Source of the DNA: Octopus vulgaris
Lineage: Eukaryota
Direction of reading: 5' to 3'
Length of the DNA stretch: 64,000 nt
NCBI GenBank assembly: GCA_951406725.2
Contig: OX597826.1
Span: 64,914,001-64,978,000, forward strand
The notes below the pieces were generated by a model that was given only the letters and a program-made list of their open reading frames with translations, had not been told where the DNA came from and searched no databases. The position numbers and the translations under genes are program-made. Of the stretch, positions 25,739 through 38,557 are shown in pieces (positions within the stretch are counted from its first letter, which is position 1; each line of letters starts with the position of its first letter).

Positions 25739-26088
25739 AAGCACATGGCTCAGTGGTTAGAGCGTCGAGCTTACGATCATAAGGTTTTGAGCTCGAATCC
25801 CAGACCAGGCTGTGTGTTGTGTTCTTGAACAAGACACTTTATTTCATGTTGCTCCAGTTCACTCAGCTGTAGAAATGAGTTGCGACGTCACAGGTGCCAA
25901 GCTGTATCGGCCTTTGCCTTTCCCTTGGATAACACTGGTGGCATGGAGAGGGGATGCCGGTATGCATGGGCGACTGCTGGTCTTCCATAAATAATCTTGC
26001 TCGGACTTGTGCCTGGGAGGGTAACTATCTAGATGCAATCCCATGGTCTGTGTTGTGACTGAAGGGGATCTCAGATTGTCTGTCTGTC
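25739..26088 (+). mobile_element. tRNA-derived SINE family D with 13-bp TSD
   Basis: tggctcagtggttagagcg...ctcgaatccc head. TSD TGGTGGCCTGTGA at 25726-25738 and 26089-26101. Interrupts an RTE endonuclease fragment. Confidence 0.88.
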
Positions 26089-26214
26089 TGGTGGCCTGTG
26101 AGAGAGTTTCATAAAAGTAGATCTACTGTTTATCCAACAGACCTGATTGTAGTGCGTAAGCAATGATAAATGCCATTGTTGTGTTGATGAAGACCAGTAC
26201 ATGCATTGTGTTGA

Positions 26215-26620
26215 TGAAGACTGATGCATGCATTCCTCACTGTGGCCTGGGAGAATCTTTGAACACCTCCTTGATCTTGACCATTAGCTTAGCTTTGATG
26301 TTGCAGGTGAAATGGTTGGTGTCTTTCTCAACTGCACTCCAACATAGTAATCCATGAGATTACAATCAGGGAAATTAAGAGTCCAGAAATTGGGGTCTGC
26401 CGAAGTCATAGAAATTCTCCAACAGCTACTTCTGACTCTTTCCAGAGGTATGACAAGAAGTCGAATCCTGCTGCCACACATATGGCCTTTGAGCAGCAAC
26501 CCTCTTGAGCCAGGGGTTAACTACAGTCTCCAGCAACTTCACATAACCATCTGAATTGAGCCTAAAGCCCTGTTCAAAGATGTAGGGATGAATTCCAGTG
26601 TGCAGACAGTCAGAATGCCT
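26215..26620 (-). mobile_element. DD37D (maT)-like transposase relic, catalytic part
   Basis: GYVKLLETVVNPWLKRVAAQRPYVWQQDSTSCHTS and FW..NFPDCNLMDYYV, resembling QQD.AP.H and SPD.NP.DY. Confidence 0.78.
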
Positions 26621-27883
26621 GCTTTGTCCCTTCCTGCTGGCCATGGCTTCATAGTCTTCATAGCAGCTGTCTGTATCACATCTTACAGTCTCTACAGTGT
26701 TCACAAGCATTGAGCAGCAATCATGATGTTGACATTTTGATACCTGGTGCAAATCGTCATGATACAGGTAACTCTTTTCCAGATGATTTCCAGTCCTCCA
26801 TCACAGCTGATTTTTTTCTCAGCTACAATTTTAATCTTTATACTCTCCAACATTGTTGATTGTTCACAAATTCATCAAGCAATTCCTGAAAAAAACGAGG
26901 TAAAAGATCATCAAATTTAGTCCTAACATCCTGTACATACATGCTTATTTTGGTTTCTTCTCTACCAAATTCAATAGCAAAGAAGGATTTGGTTAGCACA
27001 AGGCTATGGTAGAAGACACTTACCCATGGTGCCACTCTGTGAGACTGAACCCCAAACCACATGGTTGGGAAGCAAGCTTCTTAACCACACAACTACACCT
27101 GTTCAATGTATCCTGTTGTATATAAGAGAGCAGGGAGTAATTTGAATACGATATATATAACTGCTATATATACTTATTGCTTAGATAATCTCAATAGAAT
27201 GTGTTCTGAAAAGGTCAAATAAGCATGAAATATACTTATTGTTTTAATTGATTGGTTTAAAGACCAGATTCATTTCTATCTTGTATTTTATATATTTTCT
27301 GAAAAATTTCAACTTAGTCATTGTATTGGATGTCTATGTCTTTTGCATATTATTAGATTTTAGAGTGGTTTGACAAAAGATCTTGGCAGAATAAGTACCT
27401 GACTTAAAAAAAAATAACCAAATCCTTCAGGTTGATGTCCCAGTATGGCCAAAGTCCATTGACTGAAACAACCAAAAGAATAAAAGAATAGTCATGGCTG
27501 TGCTGTAAGGAGCTTGCTTCCAAACCACATGGTTTCAGTTTCAGTCCCACTGCATAGCACTTTGAGCAAGTGTCTTCTACTATAGCCCCAAACCAAAGCA
27601 AATCCTTGTCGGTGGATTTGGCTTTATGTGTGTGTGAGTTTGTCGCTCCCCACCACCACCACCACCACTTCACAACCTGCAATGGTTTGTGTAAATCTCA
27701 TCTATGTAACATAGTAGTTCAACTAAAAGAAAGCAATAGAATAAGTATGAAGCTTAAAAATAAGTTGTGAAATTGATTTGTTTGACTAAAGTTTTATAGG
27801 TGGTGTTCCAGTATGGTCACAACCCAAAGATTGAAATAAAAGATATTTATTTACTTGCGCATTTTTATATATCTATATACATA

Positions 27884-28115
27884 AGGTGGTGAGCTGGCAG
27901 AAACGTTAGCATGCCGGGCGAAATTCGTAGCCGCATTTCGTCTGCCACTACGTTCTGAGTTCAAATTCCGCCGAGGTCGACTTTGCCTTTCATCCTTTCG
28001 GGGTTGATAAATTAAGTACCAGTTACGCACTGGGGTCGATATAATCGACTTAATCCCTTTGTCTGTCCTTGTTTGTCCCCTCTGTGTTTAGCCCTTTGTA
28101 GGTAGTAAAGAAATA
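27884..28115 (+). mobile_element. SINE family B (Meta-domain-like)
   Basis: B-box-like gagttcaaattcc, then gcctttcatcctttcggggttgataaattaagtacc, which resembles the MetaSINE central domain as I recall it. Other copies at ~35490-35698, 54655-54885(-), 57193-57410, 58955-59220 and 59348-59555. Confidence 0.75.
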
Positions 28116-30454
28116 TATATATATATATATGTGTGTGTGTGTTTGTATTTATGTGTATTAGTGTGTGTATGTGTTTGAGTGCGAGTTTTGTCACTACTCA
28201 GCATATTACGTCTGTAGCAGCATAAAAGCTATTTTATGAAAAGCTATTGTCCTCAATTACGCGACTAATATTTTCATTGGTTATCTGGGTTGAGGAAGAA
28301 AGGAAGAAATTGTTGAATGATCAATGCCCTAAGGCGACCAGCCTGCCAAGTAATTATGTGTGTATTTATTGTGACTGAGCTGAATTAAACTGGAAGGAAA
28401 ACAGTAAAATGGGATTGAGTATGAAAATTCCATTCCTGTTACTGTGTTTATATTATTGTTAATCCTTGTTGTTTGACTAATATATGGTTGTATGGTAGGC
28501 CTTAATATACGTAATTATTTCATTCATTCTTTTCATTGGCTCTCATATGAATGGCAGTCGCCCACCTTGCTGTTTAGCTCCAGATCAATTCTTATCCGCT
28601 ACACCCATGATGAAAGGCATTTCAGCTTTGATAATTTTTTTTTTATATACTTGTGTATATCAAGAACTACATTGTCAACAGTATTCTTTTCCATCTAAAA
28701 CAATGACAGTAGTAGTGGTGGTTTAGAATTTGAGACAGAATTAGCTACTATTTCTAGCAGATAAAGGCAATGGCAGAGAAAGAGAGAGAGAATGTTTCTT
28801 AATTTTTGTTCACATTGCTCAGAAGCATTTGTCTCAAGACCACCAGAGATGGAAATGGGGGTGGTCCGTGAGTGTACAGGGAGGCGGTGTTCTGTTATAT
28901 TTCAGCACATGGTAGGGAGGAGGGAGAGCTTATAGTGTCTACACCCATCTTCCCGACCTCGGTCTTTCAGACTTTTGCATATCCCTTGTTCCTGATATTC
29001 ATTTCTATCACTGGGGGGAACCATTCATTTCTGACAACGCCAAGCAATGAGCCTTTACATAATTGCTCAACATGCTGGAAATAACAGTTAAATCTGCCTC
29101 GAATTACACAGTATTTCCTTAGAAGAGGGCAACATTTCAAATCAATATGTGTGCACAAGCACACACATATATCATCATCATCATTTAATGTCCATTTTCC
29201 ATACTGGCATGGGTTGGCTGGTTTGATGGTAGCTGACAAATCAGAAGAATGTCTGCTTTGCCATGGTATCTATGGCTGGATGCCGTTCCTAACACCAACC
29301 GCTTTACAGTATGCTTAGTAAATTTCACATTCCACTGGCACAGGTGCAAGTAATGAGTGCTGGAATGAATGCATTTTACATGACACTGACACCTAATAAT
29401 AATAACAATAATATACACACACACACACACGTGCACAGGTAATAAGGTAGATAAATGTAGTTAGGCTTAAGACATACTTACACGGAGCACAAATTAGATA
29501 ACAAAATAAAGAAAAAAGAACAAAAAAAGGATTATGTAAAGTTTTATCTCAACAGCTGTTTCAAGATAGCTGTAACTTACATAGTAACCACATTCATAAG
29601 TAATATGTGTGTGATGACATAGGTGTCATTTTTGCCAAAGCATAATATTGTTATATTTCGGGTCTAAGCATTGCAATGCAATTGTAAATGAAACACAATT
29701 ATGACACTACTACATTTATTCAATATGACTCTGTTTTGAATCACAGTCTAGGTGCAAATGCTTTACACACGGCATGCAACTATTCTTGTCTACACCCATC
29801 TTCCCGACCTCAGCCTTTCAGACTTTTGCATATCCCTTGTTCCTGATATCCATTTCCACCACTGGGAAACCATTCAATTCTGACAACGCCAAGCAATGAG
29901 CCTTTACATAATTGCTCAACATGCTGGAAATAACAGTTAAATCTGCCTTGAATTACACAGTATTTCCTTAGAAGAGGGCAACATATTTCAAATCAATATG
30001 TGTGCACATACACAAATACACATATATCATCATCATCATTTAATGAATTAAAGGTCATCATCATTTAAGGAATTAAAGCTTATTCCTGATGCAGTTTTAC
30101 ATTCGGAGCATCAAGCAGAGCATAAGTGCTCATCACCCTCATCTCGAAAATGGACCAAACAGAAAAACTCAACAGGTTGAGATCAGGGCTTTTTGAAGAT
30201 CATACATCCTTGCCTATGAAGGACAGAATATTTTTCTGAATCCAGCGTTGTGTCTGTTTGGAGCTGTGGGATAGTACCAAGCCCCGTTGGAGGCTCCAAG
30301 ATGTGCTTTGAAATTGCTCATTCCCCCATGGGAGCACTTCAGCTTCCAGAATGTCATTAATGTATTCCTGGTAGCTGGCAAATCAGAAGACTGTCCCAGC
30401 TCTACTGTCTGCTTTGGCATGGTATCTATGGCTGGATGCCCTTCCTAACATCTG

Positions 30455-31195
30455 AAGGCACAAACGAGGGGAGACCTTCCAGTGGCTGTCACAGCTGCCC
30501 AAACCATAACTGACTGTGGATTTTGACATCGATTTATAAGTCAACCCTTGATGGAGCCAGATACATTTCAAAGTTGGTCATTCTGGTGATTTACTATTTG
30601 TTTGATGTCAAATTTCTTTTCATCAATGAACACCAGGTTGGGCAGTGTGCCTTCAGCAATCTGATGCAGGATAAGACGACGTCTCCCCAGTTTCATGGCC
30701 TTATAAACTTGTGTGAGACCTCGTGGTGGCAAATCATTTTGTAAGAGTGGGTCCTGAGATCCTCTTTCAGCACTCAGTACATCAATGTTCAGATTATTTT
30801 GGCTGTGGCAGCCAGTTTTCCGACAGAACAACGAGGATTTCACCATATCTTTTCTCTGGTATTCTTGATAAGCTGAGGAATCTGTACACTTCTTTTTCAG
30901 CCACATCCATGTCAATCAGTGGTGGGGAATTTCTTGACAATTTTCCACACTGTTGTTTGGTTAATTTTAAGCTTTTTTGCTGTAGTTGTATTATTTTCAC
31001 TTCCTTTATGGAGGGTTATAATTGTATTTCAGTCTATATCCATTACCTAATTTATAAATCTGAATTTATTTAGTCTGAAACAAAAAAAAAGATAGATTAA
31101 GCTTTTATAATAATGTATAATTTTCATATCTGTCACATTTATTGATAGTTATTAAAGCCCCAAACTTTGGTTTCCTTAATTTCAGGACACCCTAT
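30455..31195 (-). mobile_element. DD37D (maT)-like transposase relic, 5' part
   Basis: LPNLVFIDEKKFDIKQIVNHQND (FxDEKxF...NxQND). Probable terminus tataggtgtcctgaaattaa near 31195. Confidence 0.72.
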
Positions 31196-32024
31196 ATATA
31201 AATGGATAGACAGATAGATAACATTATAAATACATACCTAGACAATGAGCTTGACAGTTGTTTTGATGTTTTAAGTTAAAACCTATCCTTTGTGATAGAC
31301 CTATATTCCAGTGGTGAAGAATGAAGTACGTGTTATTTTCCAGTTTCCTATCTATCTCCCTTCAACATTTCTAAACTACTTTACTAATTACTTTAACCCA
31401 TCCTACAATTGTTCATTAAACAAGTGCATTCGTTTGTCTAGCAAATGCTTGCTATTTTGGATTTCCTGTATCTATTAATATCATCATCACCTTAGTAAAA
31501 AAATTCAGCAAAGTATTTCATACAAACCCCTTGTAACTTTTCTACTTCATTGGAAATTTCAGAAAATTTTTGCAAATTTGCGTTCTACACACAGAAATTT
31601 ATATGATTATGTATATAGACAATTATCTTTTATTATTCTTTTTTAAATCATTACTCTCCTCCTCCTCAATCTTAAAATTTCCACTCTTTTTTAAATATTT
31701 TTAAAAAATCAATGTTTGAAATACAGTTTGAATTTTTTTTTTAATCCCAGCAGTGGACTGTCATTGGGTACATCATCATTCCATTAAATGTGTTTATGGG
31801 AAGAAAAATATTGAAAAACATCAATACAAAGAATAAGTCCCGGGGTCGATTTGCTCGACTAAAGGCGGTGCTCCAGCATGGCCGCAGTCAAAATGACTGA
31901 AACAAGTAAAAGAATAAAAGAACATAAGCACAGGAGTGGCTGTGTGGTAAGTAGCTTGCTTACCAGCCACATGGTTCCAGGTTCAGTCCCACTGCGTGGC
32001 ACCTTGGGCAGTTGTACTGACAAA

Positions 32025-32352
32025 TTATATTCATAGCCACTTTAACATGGCTGTCCGTCCAAGCGGACTCTATTGCGATTTTTTAAGCTCAAGAGGACAT
32101 CTCCTCTAGCTGGTTAACGATGCACAACTGTATCCGATAAGATATCGGATGTTATTTGATGTTTTAAAGTGGCTACGAATATTACATACTTACCTACACA
32201 CACATATATATATATAGGCCGGCAGGCAGGCAAGTAGGTAAGATATCGGATGCAGTTGTGCATCATTAACCAGGAAGAGTAGATGTCCTCTTAGGGTAAA
32301 AAAATCGCAGTGGAGTCTGATCAAATGGACAGCCATCTTAAAGTGGCTACGA

Positions 32353-32358
<6 letters not shown>
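32025..32358. mobile_element. Fold-back element with ~115 bp inverted arms
   Basis: tattcatagccactttaacatggctgtcc...gatgcacaactgtatccgata is inverted in tatcggatgcagttgtgcatc...ggacagccatcttaaagtggctacgaata. Confidence 0.75.
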
Positions 32359-32417
<59 letters not shown>

Positions 32418-32480
32418 GTATGTGTGTGTGTATGATTTTTTTCCTCTGTCTTCCCTTCTCTGGATCTTTCCTTTTCCTAT

Positions 32481-32515
32481 GTTTCTGACGAAGAGCTCCG
32501 CTCGAAGCGTTAAAC
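32481..32515 (+). ncRNA. Minimal hammerhead-like motif, one core substitution
   Basis: GTTT-CTGACGA-A-GAGC(tcc)GCTC-GAAG-CGT-T-AAAC, with GAAA changed to GAAG. Lies in a ~190 bp island between long (TA)n runs. Confidence 0.65.
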
Positions 32516-32603
32516 CCTCCTTCTTTCCTGAGCGTCCAATAATACTATATTTGCTCCACGTCCTCGCGTTGTTGTGTTTTTTTGTGCTTTCATGTTTGGA
32601 TTA

Positions 32604-32678
<75 letters not shown>

Positions 32679-32845
32679 ATAATTGAGGGTAAAATTAATT
32701 AGTTATTAATCAATTTCACCAAGTAGTGTTCAGTATGTAAAAGGACCATTTAAGGCGTATTCAAAATATTATATTATATAATTAGGGCTTAGTAAAATAA
32801 ATTACTTTGCCACATACTGAACTTTCTAGAAATAGCAGCCAAAAG

Positions 32846-32876
<31 letters not shown>

Positions 32877-33369
32877 CAGCTGAGGTACCCGGTAAAAAAT
32901 TACCGTTAATAAGTTATCTATTTATAGCCATGAAACATTTTTCGTCAAATTTTGACATTTTTCAAAAATTTAAAATCTATGTTAATGGGTAGGACCAATT
33001 TGATGAAAAAATTTTCAGAGTTTGATAGCAACGAATTGAAATAATAAGTTGTAGCAAATCAATACAATTTGCATTGAAATGAAGAATTAGCAAATGCTAA
33101 ACAGATTATCGTTAATAAGCTGTATGTTTATTATACCCATGAAACAGTTTTCGTCAAATTGATGCCACGATGACTAGTGTGAAAAATGCCGAAATTTTCC
33201 GATTTTTGAAAAATCAGTGCTAATTAAAAGTCGATTTAAAAAAAAAAATTCCTAGTGCGTAAGTGACCGCATGAGCAAAAAGCCCCACACGCGCGTCAAG
33301 TTTCATCAAGGTCTGTTGGATAGTCTCAGATGAGTTAAAGTAACAAATTCAGAAGCACACAAACTTGCC

Positions 33370-33467
<98 letters not shown>

Positions 33468-33542
33468 CATACACACATGAGCAAAACGTCCAATGGACGG
33501 TGCTGAGTTGTCAAACATTTAAACCAAATTTTCTCAAAACAA

Positions 33543-34019
33543 CTAGTCCGACCGTCTCATAGGCCTCCCCTTTGAGAAACACTGATTTAACCTAAATTTG
33601 AGACACCAGCAAAAGAAGAAATAAAGATAGACTTTTTTTCTGTTCCAAAGAAAAACGATTTTATTCACACAAATATGCAACTGAAGAGTTTAAAGTACCA
33701 GTAATGATAAGGCTGTTGACGGGGAGAACACAAACATGGTTTAAATAGTAAGCTTGGCAGGAAAGAAACGTGCCTTTAAGCAGTACAAAAACAACGATAA
33801 GCGGAAGGTGCAGTTATGTACAGGTTGACGGAAGAAAAGCAGGACAAAAACGGCTTTATCGATCGCATTCTCACCTGCAATCGATTTTTGTAATTTTTTC
33901 AAGACTTATACACGCCCTGATACCGTCGGTATCTACATATCAAATTTGAGCGCAATCGGATGGAGGATGCCCGAGATCCGAGAAGACACAGACAGACAGA
34001 ACGGATTTTATATAATAGA
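33543..34019 (-). mobile_element. Non-autonomous Helitron-like element
   Basis: Minus strand TC...CTAG termini, with cagacagacaga and caaatttg...aatcgg motifs like the other copies. A related element lies at ~32875-33372. Confidence 0.62.
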
Positions 34020-34502
34020 TATTATGACAGACACAGGTTTATATCATTTGTTGCTGTGTATGTTGTTTATCGTAATTTCTCCTCCATATGCTCCTTCTGT
34101 CATAAGTAGTAATACCAGTTAGTGCTTAGGCACTTTACTGGAAGCACACTGGATGATGATAATCTATGAGGAGCACTAAACTTAATAGTGGCAGTCATAC
34201 GTATGCATATGTATACACATATGCAACAGGTTTCTTACAGTTTCCATCTTCTAAATCCACTCACAAGACTTTAGTTGGCCCAGGGCTATACGATAAGACA
34301 GTCTTGGTGTTGCACAATGGGACCAAACTTGTAACTATATTGTGAGGAAGCAAGCATTACAAGCCCTTGCAATACAGTAAATACCAGACAGAAATAGGGA
34401 TCAGTATCAGCTAAAATCTTTATTGACAGAGTATGAATGCTGAAGTATTGTGATGGTGGATGTTACTTAGACCTAGACCAAGTGACACTTGATCAAGAAG
34501 CT

Positions 34503-34898
34503 CTTTACTCTTTTACTTGTTTCAGTCATTTGACTGTGGCCATGCTGGAGCACCGCCTTTAATCGAGCAACTCGACCCCAGGACTTATTCTTTTGTAAGC
34601 CCAGTACTTATTCTATCGGTGTCTTTTGCCGAACTACTAAGTGACGGGGACATAAACACCAGCATCGGTTGTCAAGCGATGTTGAGGGGGGGGGGGACAA
34701 ACACACACATGCATATATATATACATACATATATACGATGGGCTTCTTTCAGTTTCCGTCTACCAAATCCACTCACAAGGCTTTGGTTGGCCTAAGGCTA
34801 TAGTAGAACACACTTGCCCAAGGTGCCATGCAGTGGGACTGAACCCAGAACCATGTGGTTGGTAAACAAGCTACTTACCACACAGCCACTCCTGCGCC
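34503..34898 (-). mobile_element. SINE family A
   Basis: Reverse complement of the family A sequence. Confidence 0.88.
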
Positions 34899-35489
34899 TA
34901 TTCTGTATAATCAAAGACATCCCAGCCTTGACCATTGCATCTATTATTTTTATAGAATACTATCTTATCTATTACTTGTTTCAGTCATTAGAATACAGCC
35001 ATGCTGGGGCAACGCCTTGAAGAATTTTTAGTAAAATGAATTGACTGCACTACTTATTTTATTTTATGCCTGGGACTTATTTTATTGGCCCCTTTTCAAC
35101 GAACTATTATTCAATAAGTTACAGGGGTATAAACACATACACACATATGACGGGTTTCTTTCAGTTTCCATCTACCAAACCCACTCACAAGGCTATGAGA
35201 AGACACTCCACCCAAAGTGCCATACAGTGAGACTGAGCCTGGAACCATGTGATTGGGAAGCAAGCTTCTTATTTCTTTATTGCCCACATGGGGCTAACAC
35301 AGAGGGGACAAACAAGGACAGACAAAGAGATTAAGTCAATTACATTGACTCCAGTGCGTAACTGGTACTTAATTTATCGACCCCCCCCCCCCGAAAGGGG
35401 TTGTTACTAGCGAGTCAAATGACTGTGTAGTAGCTTGTGTAATGATGATAGTGTTATATAGTAGAGGTGGTGGTATGTTTTGAGATGAT

Positions 35490-35698
35490 CGAGTTGGCAG
35501 AAACGTTAGCACGCCGGGCGAAATGCGTAGCCGTATTTCGTCTGCCGTTATGTTCTGAGTTCAAATTCCGCCGAGGTCGACTTTGCCTTTCATCCTTTCG
35601 GGGGTCGATTAAATAAGTACCAGTTACGCACTGGGGTCGATATAATCGACTTAATCCGTTTAATCTGTGTTTAGCCCCTTGTGAGCAGTAAAGAAATA
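35490..35698 (+). mobile_element. SINE family B
   Basis: Highly similar to 27884-28115. Confidence 0.8.
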
Positions 35699-35815
35699 GG
35701 TACTAATGGATCGTTTGTGTGTGTGTTAATTATCAATGAAATGTTAATTCAATAAAATAGTAAAATCTGGAAACCAAGGTAAAACTGATGGTTTACCCAT
35801 TTCATTCCACCCCCA

Positions 35816-35881
<66 letters not shown>

Positions 35882-36889
35882 TTATTCTGAAGTAGAAGGT
35901 GGTGGTGCTTAGTCTTACACACATACACACTTAAGAAAATGACTGGCAGATAATATTACTCACACACAGTGAGACCTTGTTCACCCTGCAACCACCACCA
36001 CCACTACTCACCAATGGACTGCTAGGGTCATTATTCACCAAATTCTACTGAACGTTTGACCTCTGACACATTAAACTATTTTAAGAAACAGTTACAGTTA
36101 CCTTTGACTCTCCTTACCATTACTACAAGTGAGGTGGGTGTTAGAAGCAGCCCCCTGGTTCATATCATAGATCCCTTCTCCCTTCCATTAATCAATGGTT
36201 GTTATAGGGATTGCTGACCCCTACGATTTTTGTGTTTAGCTGTCAAAACATCATCTACTACCATAACTGTTACATTACTACCAACTAACTTAGAGAACCT
36301 CTGTGATCTCTCAAACTGCTAGAAATAGCAGCCAAACCCTTCTCTCAAATATATTACCCCATACTGTCTTAGGAAGGTCACATTGGATTGTTCAGGATAC
36401 ATGGTCAGAGTCTAATGACTGATACAAGTAAAAGAAAAGTACCTGGGAGAAAAAATAAATAACAACAGGATGGTCAGGATTGGAATGCCATTGATCATTA
36501 GTCTGCTCATTCATGGCCAACTGGGGCTGAAAGAAATATCATTACTACCACACCATCATCATTATTGTTGCTGCTGCTGCTACTACTGCCACGACCACTA
36601 CTACTACTACTACTACTACTACTGATTTTGTCAATTATGATCACCAGAACAGTGCTTGCAACCTTTTTACACTTGCAGTACAACTTATATTCTTTTCAAA
36701 ACTCAGCCGCATACCTGAACTAAAAATATAACTAAAAAAGTATAGGGGAAAATTTATATTCAGATTACACTGTGGCATAATTTCTTGTTGTTAAAATTTA
36801 TGTGCAGTAAATTACTTCTACTTCTACAATATACAAAATATTTTCAGTTTTTTTAAATACAATTCCTAATAATGTTTAATCTATAAAAA

Positions 36890-37085
36890 TACTCTTTCAC
36901 TTGTTTTAGTCATTTGGCTGTGGCCATGCTAGAGCACAGCCCTTAGCCGAGTAAATCGACCCCAGGACTTATTCTTTGTAAGCCTAGTACTTATTCCATC
37001 GGTCTCTTTTGCCGAACCGCTAAGTTACGGGGACGAAAACACACCAGCATCGGTTGTCAAGCAATGTTGTGGGGGACAAACATAT

Positions 37086-37139
<54 letters not shown>

Positions 37140-37305
37140 ATATACGTCAGGCTTCTTTCAGTTTCCATCTACCAAATCCAGTCAAGGCTTTGGTCGGCTC
37201 AAGGCTATAGTAGAAGACACTTGCCCAAGGTGCCACGCAGTGGAAATGACCCCAGAACCATGTGGTTGGTAAGCAAGCTACTTACCACACAGCCACTCCT
37301 GCGCC
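36890..37305 (-). mobile_element. SINE family A
   Basis: Reverse complement of the family A sequence. Confidence 0.85.
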
Positions 37306-37602
37306 AGTAAGATTTTTTAAATATATATATACAGCAAATGGCTATGGAGTTCCAGAAGAGTAAAATAAGCATCAAAAGGATCCATAGAAAAAAAAAAAAC
37401 GGTTGAGAACTACAGGTATAGGTGTGACCTTCTGGTTAGGTTGTTTGGCTCATAATCAATTAATGTTGTGGGTTCAACCCCTGGACCAGGCAGCACATTT
37501 CACATTACTCAAGTCTACTCAACTGAAAATGAGTATCAACCAAGTATTGATGCAACTCTCTCTCCCTCCACTTGACACATCCTGGATGTGCTGCTGGGTT
37601 AA

Positions 37603-38193
37603 CCTTTTAGCGTTCAGAATACTCTGTCAAATGTTGAGACCCCCTTCAGTCATGACTGACCGTGGGATTGCACCTAGAAAGTTACCCTCCCAGGCACAAG
37701 TCCAGGCAAGGTTGTTTTATGGATGACCAGCAGTCACCCATGCATACCGGCCTCCCCTCTCCATGCCACCAGTGTTATCCAAGGGAAAGGCAATAGCAGA
37801 TACAGCTTGGTACCTGTGACGTCGCAACTCATTTCTACAACTGAGTGAACTGCAGCAACGTGAAATAAAGTGTCTTGCTCAAGAACATAAGAAATAGTGT
37901 CTTGCTCAAGAGCATAACGTGCAGCTCGGTCCGGGATTCGAACTCACAACCTCACGATCATAAGCTCGACGCTCAAACCACTGAGCCATGCGCCTTCTCT
38001 GTCAAATGTAATGTGTATTTATTCACATTGTTTTGAATTAATCATGCATTAGATTGTAACTACAAGATTTTGATGATCTGATTATCTTTAGATTGACATT
38101 GCAGGGTAGGCGTGAGAGGCTGGATCTGATCGGTTTAAATAGAAAAGAAGTAGAATATTTGTGCTGGATATGACTGATTTAAATGCTAAATGG
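37603..38193. mobile_element. piggyBac-like MITE carrying a nested SINE D
   Basis: TTAA|CCTTTTAGC ... GCTAAATGG|TTAA. Confidence 0.7.
37635..37996 (-). mobile_element. tRNA-derived SINE family D with 13-bp TSD
   Basis: Reverse complement of 25739-26088. TSD CTCTGTCAAATGT at 37622-37634 and 37997-38009. Confidence 0.88.
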
Positions 38194-38264
38194 TTAAAGG
38201 GTGGAGAAGTTGAGAAGGCTTCTAGACACAATTAGTTAAAGAATGGTACGTATCACCAAGCCAT

Positions 38265-38557
38265 ACTCTTACTCTTTTACTTGTTTCAGTCGTCTGACTG
38301 CGGCCACGCTGGAGCACCGCCTTTAGTTGAGAAAATCAATCCCAGGACTTATTCTTTGTAAGCCTAGTACTTATTCTATCGGTCTCTTTATATATATATA
38401 CGATGGGCTTCTTTCAGTTTCCGTCTACCAAATCCACTCACAAGGCTTTGGTTGGACCGAGGCTATAGTAGAAGACATTTGTCCAAGGTGCCATGCAGTG
38501 GGAGTGAACTTGGAACCATCTGGTTGGGAAGTAAGCTTCTTACCACACAGCCATGCT
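38265..38557 (-). mobile_element. SINE family A, internally deleted
   Basis: Head and tail are present; the segment next to the microsatellite is missing. Confidence 0.8.
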
